Below are positions 7,881-16,410 of a DNA stretch of 25,977 nucleotides, one piece after another. The DNA is from Parachlamydiaceae bacterium. GTDB lineage: Bacteria; Chlamydiota; Chlamydiia; Chlamydiales; Parachlamydiaceae. The stretch is taken from contig JACCVN010000363.1 of the NCBI GenBank assembly GCA_013698165.1, forward strand, positions 1 to 25,977, written 5' to 3'. Numbering within the stretch: position 1 is the first letter of the stretch; each line of letters begins with the position of its first letter. Below the pieces are notes generated by a model. That model made no database searches. It saw only the letters and a program-made list of their open reading frames with translations, and was not told the origin of the DNA. A program made the position numbers and the translations under genes.

Positions 7881-8653
7881 AACGTAGCCGCATCTGTTTG
7901 ACGATTACGATCATCACGTTTATCTTCCTTTACCTTCCCATCTTCATGTTGATGATAAACTCCTTTAATGCGTCGCGTTTTGGGGGAGTTTGGGCAGGGT
8001 TTTCTTTAAAGTGGTATGAGCGCATGCTGCAAGAGAGCATCATGTGGGAGTCACTGCAAAATTCATTGATTGTGGCCATATCCTCGACGATCATTTCTAC
8101 GATTTTGGGCACTTTTGCCGCCTTTGCTCTTCATTTTTATCGATCGAAGACTCAGAAAGTGCATTATGCCTTGATTTATACACCGCTTGTCATTCCGGAT
8201 ATTTTGATGGGGATTAGCTTACTACTATTCTTTTTCGCCTTAAATATCAAATTAGGGTTGTTGACCATAACCATAGCACATACAACTTTTTGCGTCAGTT
8301 ATGTCACCATGGTAATGCTTTCAAAGCTTCAGCATTTTGACTTCTCTGTTGTAGAGGCAGCCCTTGATCTGGGAGCAAAGATGCCAGCGGTGATCAGACG
8401 CATTTTGCTGCCGCTGCTATCGCCGGGGATTTTTTCCGCTGCGCTACTGGCTTTTACATTATCCATAGACGACTTTGTGATCACATTTTTTATGGCAGGT
8501 GAGGGTACATCAACACTTCCGATTTATATTTATAGCATGGGAAAATTTGGAGCGACACCAATTATCAATGCACTTTCGACGGCTATTCTTTGCATCACAT
8601 TTCTTTTTGTGCTGTTGTTCCATACATTTTCTCGTGAGGAAGGCGAAATATGA
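7877..8653 (+). CDS. potC: Polyamine ABC transporter permease
   Basis: FLYLPIFMLMINSFNASR, EAALDLGA, FTLSIDDFVITFF. ATGA overlap with potB. Confidence 0.93.
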   Translation: MKRSRICLTITIITFIFLYLPIFMLMINSFNASRFGGVWAGFSLKWYERMLQESIMWESLQNSLIVAISSTIISTILGTFAAFALHFYRSKTQKVHYALIYTPLVIPDILMGISLLLFFFALNIKLGLLTITIAHTTFCVSYVTMVMLSKLQHFDFSVVEAALDLGAKMPAVIRRILLPLLSPGIFSAALLAFTLSIDDFVITFFMAGEGTSTLPIYIYSMGKFGATPIINALSTAILCITFLFVLLFHTFSREEGEI

Positions 8654-9693
8654 AATTTCCAAAAGCTATTGTAACTAGTGTGGCAATAATGATTCTTCCC
8701 CTCATTGCTTTGTTAATAGGGGGTTGTGGTACATCAAACAAGCAGAAGTTATATATTTATACTTGGAGCGAGATTTTTGATCCGGCTTTGATTGCGGAAT
8801 TTGAAACCAAGTTCGATTGCAAAGTTATTATTGATATTTTCGATACCAATGAATCGATGTATGCCAAACTGAAGCTAACTTCCGCAGGATATGATATTAT
8901 TTGTCCAAGCCATTACTTCGTGAGTATTCTGGCACAGCAGAAAATGATCCAAGCATTAGATTCGAAGCTTTTACCAGACCTCATGAACTTGGACCCTAAG
9001 TATTTTACTTTGACCGACCCGTTGTATGCGGTGCCTTACATAGTAAGCTTTTCAGGTATCGGTTATCGTCAGGATAAAATTAATGAGATTTCCCCTTCCT
9101 ATGGTGTTTTTGGGCGCGTTGATCTGCGCGGGCGGATGACTATGCTTAATGATAGCCGTGAAGCAATCGGCGCAGCCTTGAAATATTTAGGGTATAGCGT
9201 TAATTCCAGAGAACCCAAAGAAATTGAAAAAGCCGGCGATCTGCTGATACAATGGAAAAAAAACCTGGCGAAATTTGAAAGCGAGCAGTACAAAAGCGGC
9301 CTTTCAAGCGGTGAATTTTTAGTTGTCCAAGGGTATTCCACAGATATTTTACAGGTGCAATCCGAGAATAAAAGTGTGGTTTTTCTTTTTCCCAGTGAGG
9401 GAGTGATCACATCTATCGATTGCTTGTCTATTCCAGAAGGCGCCCAAAATACTGAGCTTGCCTATAAATTCATTAATTTTATGATAGGCACTGAAGTGGC
9501 AGCCCAAAATATCCGATATGCTGCTGCCCTTTCACCCGTTGCAAGCGCCTATCCATTGTTAGGTGAAGATATTCGTAACAATCCCATATACTTCCCTCCC
9601 AAAGACGTTATCGACAAGATGGAGCGGATTGAAGACCTTCAGGGTGACGTTCAGTATTATTATAAAACGTGGGACAGGGTAAAGGCTAGTTAA
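8650..9693 (+). CDS. potD: Polyamine ABC transporter substrate-binding lipoprotein
   Basis: Lipobox-like LLIGGC, LYIYTWSE, FDTNESMYAKL, YDIICPSHY, FPSEG, AYKFINF. ATGA overlap with potC. Confidence 0.92.
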   Translation: MKFPKAIVTSVAIMILPLIALLIGGCGTSNKQKLYIYTWSEIFDPALIAEFETKFDCKVIIDIFDTNESMYAKLKLTSAGYDIICPSHYFVSILAQQKMIQALDSKLLPDLMNLDPKYFTLTDPLYAVPYIVSFSGIGYRQDKINEISPSYGVFGRVDLRGRMTMLNDSREAIGAALKYLGYSVNSREPKEIEKAGDLLIQWKKNLAKFESEQYKSGLSSGEFLVVQGYSTDILQVQSENKSVVFLFPSEGVITSIDCLSIPEGAQNTELAYKFINFMIGTEVAAQNIRYAAALSPVASAYPLLGEDIRNNPIYFPPKDVIDKMERIEDLQGDVQYYYKTWDRVKAS

Positions 9694-9789
9694 TCAAACG
9701 TCAAAGCTTCTCAGGGATATAGTTTTTAATAGTCTGGATTGTCAGATAAGCAGCAATAGCACAATGTAAAACCGATTTAAAAAAATAAT

Positions 9790-9818
9790 TTGCATGCTTA
9801 TAGTTTTTTTTATACAAT
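9790..9818 (+). promoter_or_regulatory. Sigma66/sigma70-type promoter for the membrane protein-glycosyltransferase pair
   Basis: TTGCAT (9790-9795), 17 nt, TACAAT (9813-9818). Confidence 0.65.
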
Positions 9819-9913
9819 GAAGTTAAGCCAGTTATAATCTGTTGAAGTGAATTTTTTTTATTAAAAATCACAGGATCAATGAGATGGCTGTTCACACATT
9901 TGTAGGAGGGATT

Positions 9914-10387
9914 ATGGACCCAAATAATTTAAAAGAAGATCCTCAAGACAGCTCCTCTTCAAAAAAAATCAACGAAGATTTGTCAGCAAAGAAGAAGTTT
10001 GATGACTTTGGAGGCGTACGCTTTTCTAAACCGATAAGAAAAGAAGAAAAATCTGGCAGTGATATTCTATCATTTATGAAAGAAAACACTAGAGATACCA
10101 TCGCTTATGTTGTTTTAATTGCGGGAATTATGATGATGTTTTTTGACAATGTCGCCATTTATGGTGGTTTAATTGTTGGAGTCATCTTTGGGCTTTATTT
10201 TGCTAAAGAGTTAGCTTATTTGGTGACTAACGCGGGAACTTTAATCGAAGAACAGGGCGTTCCAAAAACCTTGATGATTGGAGCTCTTTTGTTAATTTTT
10301 CTGCTTAAAGTCCCTTTTGTATTTATAGGTGCAGCTCTTGTAGCGGTTTTGAAGGCGTTTTTTGGCGATGATATTTTGAAAAATTAA
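9914..10387 (+). CDS. Hypothetical membrane protein (charged N-terminus, about 3-4 predicted TM segments)
   Basis: ORF-track frame. ATG 9914 preceded by AGGAGGG is preferred over 9884. Hydrophobic C-terminal two-thirds. Confidence 0.8.
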   Translation: MDPNNLKEDPQDSSSSKKINEDLSAKKKFDDFGGVRFSKPIRKEEKSGSDILSFMKENTRDTIAYVVLIAGIMMMFFDNVAIYGGLIVGVIFGLYFAKELAYLVTNAGTLIEEQGVPKTLMIGALLLIFLLKVPFVFIGAALVAVLKAFFGDDILKN

Positions 10388-10408
10388 TGTTAGCTGAGAG
10401 TGTGACGA

Positions 10409-11269
10409 TTGTTAAACCCATCGATTGGTGTTATCGTACCGACGCTTTGTGCAAGGCGACATTTGCATTTTTGCCTCGCGCCCTTCATAAAGTCACCTTT
10501 GCGTCCACGCATACTTGTGATTGATTCTTCCTCACAGGACGATACAGCAGAATACGCCAAGGAACTTGGAGCAGATGTGCTGATCGTCCCTGCAAAAGAA
10601 TTTAATCATGGAAGTACTCGTGAACTTGCCCGGCGGCATTTAAAAACAGATATCGTCGTTATGGTCACTCAGGATTGCTATCTTGAAAATTCACGTGTAC
10701 TCGAAATACTTGTTGCCCCTTTAATCGAAATGAAATCTTCGGTGGCTTATGCGCGTCAACGCCCTCATATAGGCGCTGGAGTTTTAGAATCCTTTCTTCG
10801 TGATTTTAATTATCCAGCGGAGAGCCATATCAGAAGCCTTGCAGACCTTAAGCAATATGGGAGTTACTCCTTTTTTTGTTCCAATTCTTGCGCAGCCTAC
10901 CTTAATAAGGCTTTAGATGAGATTGGTGGCTTTGAACACGTTTTGTTAGGTGAAGATACGGTGGCGGTGGCTAAGTTATTGCATAAAGGACATTCCATTG
11001 CCTACGTCGCTGAGGCTGTCGCTAGACATTCACATACATATACATTAAGAGAAGAATTTAAGCGCGCTTATGATACCGGTAAAGCGCGACGCGGATACCA
11101 TCATCTACTTGCTACGGGAGGACTTGATACCGTCCGTGGTAAAGCCTACGCTCTCGCTTTAACAAAAAAACTGTTTCGAGAGTGTCCTCAGTTGCTGCCT
11201 TATGCAGCACTCCAAACCACAGTCAAATGGCTCGGCTATAAGCTTGGGTGGAACGCTGAAAATTCGTAG
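10409..11269 (+). CDS. GT2 family glycosyltransferase, rhamnosyltransferase-like
   Basis: VIDSSSQDDT, FNHGSTR, VMVTQD, AYARQRP, FCSNSCAAY, LGED. TTG start. Confidence 0.85.
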   Translation: MLNPSIGVIVPTLCARRHLHFCLAPFIKSPLRPRILVIDSSSQDDTAEYAKELGADVLIVPAKEFNHGSTRELARRHLKTDIVVMVTQDCYLENSRVLEILVAPLIEMKSSVAYARQRPHIGAGVLESFLRDFNYPAESHIRSLADLKQYGSYSFFCSNSCAAYLNKALDEIGGFEHVLLGEDTVAVAKLLHKGHSIAYVAEAVARHSHTYTLREEFKRAYDTGKARRGYHHLLATGGLDTVRGKAYALALTKKLFRECPQLLPYAALQTTVKWLGYKLGWNAENS

Positions 11270-11331
11270 CTTGCCCTTCTGATGTCGAATAAATACTCAA
11301 TATCGCTTGAAATCGAAATTCTCTTCTTTGT

Positions 11332-12372
11332 CTATTTTTTCAGAGGAAAATATGTGTAGTCAGGTAACCGGGAGGTCATATCAAATTCTTTGGTAGTATT
11401 CCCTAATTCATCTTTGTAAAGATGAACATTTTCGTAGATACGCGTACCTGTGAAACCAGAACTATCGGTGAGATGTACTTTAGCTTTTTCATCATTTAAT
11501 TTTTTTGCTAAAATGTTGTAAAGAAGTAAATATCCAAGACCTTTACCCTTATGTTTTTCTTCCGTTGCAATCCACATCACTTCGTAGTGATCAGAATCTT
11601 TTTTTTGGATTAGGTTTTGAAAGGAGCCTAAATTGTCACATTTTGCCTTATTTTTGCAAACAATAGCATGACCAAAAAGTTGTTCAGAGTCTTTGAGTTC
11701 AAAGACTTCTACATTTTCAGCAAAATAATTATAAGATTCTACCTTTGGAGGTTCGGAAGAGTTTTTAGCTTTAGAAGGTTCAATTTCTCCAAAAAGATCA
11801 AAATCTTCACTATCATCATCGATTATTTTATTAAAAGCAAAATGATATGAGGAATTTTCATCACTGGATAGGGGTTTAAAAGAGCACTTATCTTCAGCTT
11901 GCAGCTTCCGTTCATTGATAAATTCGCAAAGGGAGAGTCGATTTTTTTCGATATACCTCATGATTTCTGGTTTTATTTTACTCGCTTCTTGTGGAGTCAT
12001 TTTAAATAGTATTTTCATGAACTGATTATGATTTTTATTGTCCATGGCTGAGGAAATTTGGGTAGTTAATTCTGTGGTGATATCTAATTTGAAATTTCTT
12101 ATGGGAGATTTATTCAAAGAATGAAGTTCTTTCAGACTTTCTTTAATACTACTAGCTGATAGATCCTTTTGTTTTTTTAATGCATCTTTAAATATGTTTG
12201 GAATGTCTCCTTTGGAATCAGATAACATATAATAGGAGCGTCCATTAATGATCACCTTTTGAGCATCTTCATTTTTTTTTAATGATTTGCTATCTCCTAT
12301 TTTTAAGACATGTTTTTGATCATGAACAGTAAAACTAACATCGAGCTCTTGAAATGGACGAAATGAATTCAT
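11332..12372 (-). CDS. Orphan protein with a C-terminal GNAT acetyltransferase-like domain; putative effector
   Basis: YEVMWIATEEKHKGKGLGYLLL resembles GNAT acetyl-CoA-binding motif A. AT-rich gene with a Lys/Ser/Asp-rich N-terminus. Confidence 0.7.
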   Translation of the reverse strand: MNSFRPFQELDVSFTVHDQKHVLKIGDSKSLKKNEDAQKVIINGRSYYMLSDSKGDIPNIFKDALKKQKDLSASSIKESLKELHSLNKSPIRNFKLDITTELTTQISSAMDNKNHNQFMKILFKMTPQEASKIKPEIMRYIEKNRLSLCEFINERKLQAEDKCSFKPLSSDENSSYHFAFNKIIDDDSEDFDLFGEIEPSKAKNSSEPPKVESYNYFAENVEVFELKDSEQLFGHAIVCKNKAKCDNLGSFQNLIQKKDSDHYEVMWIATEEKHKGKGLGYLLLYNILAKKLNDEKAKVHLTDSSGFTGTRIYENVHLYKDELGNTTKEFDMTSRLPDYTYFPLKK

Positions 12373-12640
12373 AAAACGCCTTTAAAATAAAAATCTAAAT
12401 TCCATAATTTATTATAGCATTGATAATATTTAAAAGCTTATGAGGCTAGATTTTTATGGGTAACTAAATATGAGCTTCAACTGTTTTTATGCAATCCGTG
12501 AAATTTTGACTTCGCACCATGCAATTTTTCCTCTGTTCACTTTTCAGCTAAAAATCTTAAAGTCGAGTCTGTAGGCTCGGTAGTAGTGATTTTTTTCCAC
12601 AAATTTTGTATATTTGTTCTTGCCTGCGGAATAAACTACA

Positions 12641-13495
12641 CTATCCTGATTTTTTAGCTGTGAAAATCCCATATTGCCATAAGTTTTTCTTTAGCGTGAG
12701 ATATTGATAGTAGGCGGCCCAAATGTTGTCCGTTTGAATTTTTGAACGCACACCGAACCATTCTCCAATTTTGGACATTGCCAAAGCTGGAAAAGAGATC
12801 CAATAGAGCCGTTTAGATGAGCGCATGACGTTAAGAGTGATATCCCGATAATTGATGTCTTGAAAGCCAGCTGCTGAAAGTTCTCGTTGAAAAATCTCCA
12901 CCGTCTCTAAACTTGAAACACCCCAGCCTTTAAGCCATACAGTCATATTAGAAGCATCGTTTTGTTGGAGATTTTTATTTAGCTGAAAGCCGTCGGCTAC
13001 AACCAAACGCCCGAATGGTTTTAACAGACGAAATGCTTCTTTGATAAATGCTGCTTTGTTTTCAGCGTGGCAGATACTTTCGATTCCCCAGATCACATCA
13101 AAACTTTCATCGGCAAAAGAAGTTTGGGTAAAGTCCATGACATAAAATTTTGGGGGACAAGAAAGGCTCGCATTTTTTGCTTGCAATGTAGCCATTTCCA
13201 CTTGTTTTGCACTTATGGTGATGCCTGTTGTATCGCATCCATAGCGGCGGGAAAGGAAAAGGGAGCTTCCTCCTACTCCGCATCCGGCATCCAAAACTTT
13301 ATCATTTGAGGTGATGTTAACCAGTTCCGCTAAAATTTCATTTTCTCGTTCTAAGGCATCTGCAAGAGTTTTTGTCGTATTATCCCAATAACCTGCGTGC
13401 ATAGCAAAGCTGCGGTCTAAATTCCAGAAGAGACGATAGTCGCTTACACAGTGATCATAATAAGAAATAATATCTTCTTTTGCCGATGATGTCAT
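12641..13495 (-). CDS. Class I SAM-dependent methyltransferase (gamma-tocopherol/sterol/RebM-like group)
   Basis: MHAGYW, VLDAGCGVGG (motif I), GITISAKQV, FDVIWGIESICH, LKPFGRLVVAD. Confidence 0.88.
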   Translation of the reverse strand: MTSSAKEDIISYYDHCVSDYRLFWNLDRSFAMHAGYWDNTTKTLADALERENEILAELVNITSNDKVLDAGCGVGGSSLFLSRRYGCDTTGITISAKQVEMATLQAKNASLSCPPKFYVMDFTQTSFADESFDVIWGIESICHAENKAAFIKEAFRLLKPFGRLVVADGFQLNKNLQQNDASNMTVWLKGWGVSSLETVEIFQRELSAAGFQDINYRDITLNVMRSSKRLYWISFPALAMSKIGEWFGVRSKIQTDNIWAAYYQYLTLKKNLWQYGIFTAKKSG

Positions 13496-13521
13496 TGAGT
13501 GACCCTTAGATTATATCATTT

Positions 13522-14211
13522 CTATTTGAGAGATTTTTTAGCTTTGAGACTATCTTTAATTTCTAAAATTTTGATGACCACTCCATCGATATTCAAATCT
13601 GAAGTATCCACCAATATGGCATCCTCGGCTTGTTTTAAAGGAGAGTGAACGCGGGTGGAATCAGTGTTGTCGCGCCTATTTAAGTCTTCTAACGCCATTT
13701 CAAGGGTCAGATTTTGAGTTTCATTAGGGAATTTTGCTTTTAGCTCATCAAAACGTCTTTTGGCGCGTACTTCAGGTCTTGCAGTTAGAAAGATTTTCAT
13801 GTCTGCATTAGGGAATACGACCGTCCCCATATCCCTTCCTTCAAAGACAGCATTGACGCCGGAAGCAAAATTGCGTTGCATGCTCACAAGCTTTTCTCGG
13901 ATCTCCGGATTGGCTGAAACTGCAGAGACTCGAGAGGTAACAGCCTCGGCCCTGATAGCTTGTGTAATGTCTTCTTGATCTATGAAATAATGACGTTCAC
14001 CCTTCTTGTTTTTGATATTGAAAGCAAATCCATTGATCAGTTTTTCGAGGTCTTCTGGGTTATTTAAGTCGTAGTTTTTTTGGATTGCTAGCCAGGTGAA
14101 AGCGCGGTACATGGCGCCGGTATCGAAAAAAATGTAGCCTAATTCTTCAGCCAGTTTTTTTGCGATAGTGCTTTTACCTGTAGCTACAGGACCATCAATA
14201 GTAATAATCAT
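13522..14211 (-). CDS. cmk: Cytidylate kinase
   Basis: ITIDGPVATGKST, FDTGAMYRA, VFEGRDMGTVVFPNADMKIFLTA, RRDNTDSTR. Confidence 0.96.
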   Translation of the reverse strand: MIITIDGPVATGKSTIAKKLAEELGYIFFDTGAMYRAFTWLAIQKNYDLNNPEDLEKLINGFAFNIKNKKGERHYFIDQEDITQAIRAEAVTSRVSAVSANPEIREKLVSMQRNFASGVNAVFEGRDMGTVVFPNADMKIFLTARPEVRAKRRFDELKAKFPNETQNLTLEMALEDLNRRDNTDSTRVHSPLKQAEDAILVDTSDLNIDGVVIKILEIKDSLKAKKSLK

Positions 14212-15086
14212 AGATGAACTCCATTAAACTGAGCTTGAAGAAACAGATAAACAAGGGGAGCCGTAAAAATTATTGAATCAACCATGTCAAAGACACCACC
14301 GACGCCCGGAAGATTATTGCTATCTTTGACCCCGGCATCTCTTTTAAGCAATGATTCCGCAAGATCGCCAAATTGGGCTAAGATACTTATACATATGCCC
14401 AGCAGAAGACTTTGGGTAAAGGTAATTTCCATACACCACTTCTGAGGAGCAACATTGGCAATGAAATAGAAGGCCACGCTGACAGCCATTGAGGTTAAAA
14501 GCCCCCCTATGGCACCTTCAAGAGTCTTCTTAGGGCTTAGATTTGGTGCTAATGGCGTGCGGCCGATATATTTACCCACAAAATAAGCGCCGGTATCAGT
14601 CATTTTTGTCACAAAAAGCGTATATAAAAGCCAGCAGCGGCCATCTTGCGCACTTGTTTCAGGAAAAAAATAATTGATTTTCACCAAAAAAGAGAGAGGA
14701 ATCGCCAAATAAGCAATGCCGAAGGTTGTCATGGCAATATTGCTTAGGGGATTACCCCCCTGAATTAAATAATAACCAAAAAAACTTAAAAGTGCGGTTA
14801 ATAAAATAGCTTCCGGCAGGATTGCAAGTTGAACATGCTTTATACTTAAGTAGGTGGCAAACGTATAGAGAGTTGAAAATGCTATAGCTGCAGTTGCAAG
14901 GGGATTGAACTTTTTGATATTGGCGAGATGAAAAAGCTCTGAGAGGGCTCCGGCAATAGTGGCAGCTATTAAAGTAATATAGAAAAAAGGGATTGCAAAG
15001 GAATAATAGATGATTAACCAAACAACAAGCACAACTATGCTGTTGACCAAAACCCGCTGTCCAAAATTGCTCATTTTGTCAAGCAT
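14208..15086 (-). CDS. cdsA: Phosphatidate cytidylyltransferase
   Basis: DTGAYFVGKYIGR, LSPKKTLEGAIGG, AQFGDLAESLLKRDAGVKDS, GGVFDMVDS. Confidence 0.96.
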   Translation of the reverse strand: MLDKMSNFGQRVLVNSIVVLVVWLIIYYSFAIPFFYITLIAATIAGALSELFHLANIKKFNPLATAAIAFSTLYTFATYLSIKHVQLAILPEAILLTALLSFFGYYLIQGGNPLSNIAMTTFGIAYLAIPLSFLVKINYFFPETSAQDGRCWLLYTLFVTKMTDTGAYFVGKYIGRTPLAPNLSPKKTLEGAIGGLLTSMAVSVAFYFIANVAPQKWCMEITFTQSLLLGICISILAQFGDLAESLLKRDAGVKDSNNLPGVGGVFDMVDSIIFTAPLVYLFLQAQFNGVHL

Positions 15087-15847
15087 TACATGCCTCCTAG
15101 GCGTCGATCGCGTGATTGAAAATTCAGAATGGCATTAAAAAGGCAATTATGATTGAAATCGGGCCATAAAACTTCTGTCACGTATATTTCTGCATATGAC
15201 ATTTGCCAAAGCAGGTAATTGCTTAAACGCATTTCTCCACTCGTCCGGATAAAAAGATCGGGATCACCCCAAGGTGTTGTATCTAGATACTGACTGATCA
15301 AATTTTCGTCAATCTTATCCTTGGAAATTTTTTTGCTGTCCATATCGGCAATGATTGCGCAGACAGCTCGGCAGATTTCATTGCGGCTGCCATAATTTAA
15401 AGCCATCACCATATTTATATCGTCACAAGATGCTGTGGCAATTTTAGCCTCTTCAACAGCTTGCCTAGCATGACTAGGGAGTTGTGAGAGGTCTCCGATG
15501 CTGCAGACCTTGATGCCATAGTCGATCATTGTATCGCGCTGTTTAGTGAGAAAATCCTCTAATAACCACATCAGCATATTGACCTCTTCAGGCTGTCGAG
15601 ACCAATTTTCAGTAGAAAAAAGATAGATGGACACAGTTTTGACGCCAAGCTCCCTGGCAGCTTTCACGATTTCTATCAGGTTATCTCCGCCCTTTCGATG
15701 GCCAGAGAAAGCTGGTAAGTGATTTTTCTTTGCCCAACGGCGATTGCCATCGGGAATAATTGTCAAATGACGGGGAATACGTTGCAACTCTAAAGCCGAA
15801 AGCTGTTGAGAGGAATAAAAATTTGTCTTTAAGGAAGCTTGTCTCAT
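15086..15847 (-). CDS. uppS: Undecaprenyl diphosphate synthase (cis-prenyltransferase)
   Basis: PRHLTIIPDGNRRWA, FSTENWSRQPEEV, ALNYGSR, PDLFIRTSGEMRLSNYLLWQ. Confidence 0.96.
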   Translation of the reverse strand: MRQASLKTNFYSSQQLSALELQRIPRHLTIIPDGNRRWAKKNHLPAFSGHRKGGDNLIEIVKAARELGVKTVSIYLFSTENWSRQPEEVNMLMWLLEDFLTKQRDTMIDYGIKVCSIGDLSQLPSHARQAVEEAKIATASCDDINMVMALNYGSRNEICRAVCAIIADMDSKKISKDKIDENLISQYLDTTPWGDPDLFIRTSGEMRLSNYLLWQMSYAEIYVTEVLWPDFNHNCLFNAILNFQSRDRRLGGM

Positions 15848-16036
15848 TTAACACGCTCGAGAGTTTTTGGCAGTACTATCTTTCAATTAAACCATAAAAA
15901 CAAAAATCTCGTCGAGGTAAACCAACTCAGAGAGGGTAAAAAATGCTCCCAAAGGATTTTTTAAGAAATTTTAACCCATTTGGCACGTAAAATGCACTGA
16001 TTAAAACGTATTCTTTTAATCAGGGAGGGTTTCAAT

Positions 16037-16231
16037 ATGGAAACGAAAGTCCAACTACAAAAAAAGCTTGCGATCTTAGAATCTGCAAATGACCACTTGA
16101 TTTCAGAGTTAGCTTATATTGATGAATTGATGTACCTCATAGGATTTAACAACGGGCTTGATGGCTTGAAAGAAACTGCACAGGAATTTTGTGAGGATCT
16201 TGAAAGCAACCCGCTTGATGAATATCAATAA
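16037..16231 (+). CDS. Small acidic helical hypothetical protein (64 aa)
   Basis: Strong GGGAGG Shine-Dalgarno at 16023-16028. The heptad-like LQKKLAILESANDHLISELAYID...IGFNNGL pattern resembles small conserved chlamydial proteins (from memory, unverified). Confidence 0.7.
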   Translation: METKVQLQKKLAILESANDHLISELAYIDELMYLIGFNNGLDGLKETAQEFCEDLESNPLDEYQ

Positions 16232-16249
16232 AAAAGCTTTATTATGTTG

Positions 16250-16410
16250 TATCCTGCAGCGTCTCGCTGTAGGAGTGAGTGAAGCGTAAATGCTTTTCTT
16301 TGTGATTCTAGCACCTGCTGCGAGACACATTTCTGTCCTGAGGGATTCCTCACTTCCAACAATACGAGCTACCCGTGTTTTATTTGCTCCGGAGCGAGTA
16401 ACCAGGATAA
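16250..16410 (+). ncRNA. Candidate structured non-coding RNA, long closing hairpin (6S RNA-like)
   Basis: End-to-end pairing 16250-16256/16403-16409, 16263-16268/16393-16398 and 16272-16287/16375-16390 (16 consecutive pairs, 7 of them G-U on the + strand). Confidence 0.5.

Noticed and set aside
12564-12580. Hairpin CGAGTC-TGTA-GGCTCG as terminator of the uppS operon
   Set aside because: On the relevant minus strand the stem has a C-A mismatch and there is no adjacent U-tract.
16314-16345. SRP RNA or SAM-I riboswitch on the minus strand (TCAGG-ACA-GAAA-TGT; CTTATCC; AGGTGCTA)
   Set aside because: The SRP helix needs AGCA directly after the GNRA stem, but here GTCTC intervenes. The SAM-I core GAGGGA-x-GGCCC and GCAACC are absent. 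G-U pairing favours the + strand.
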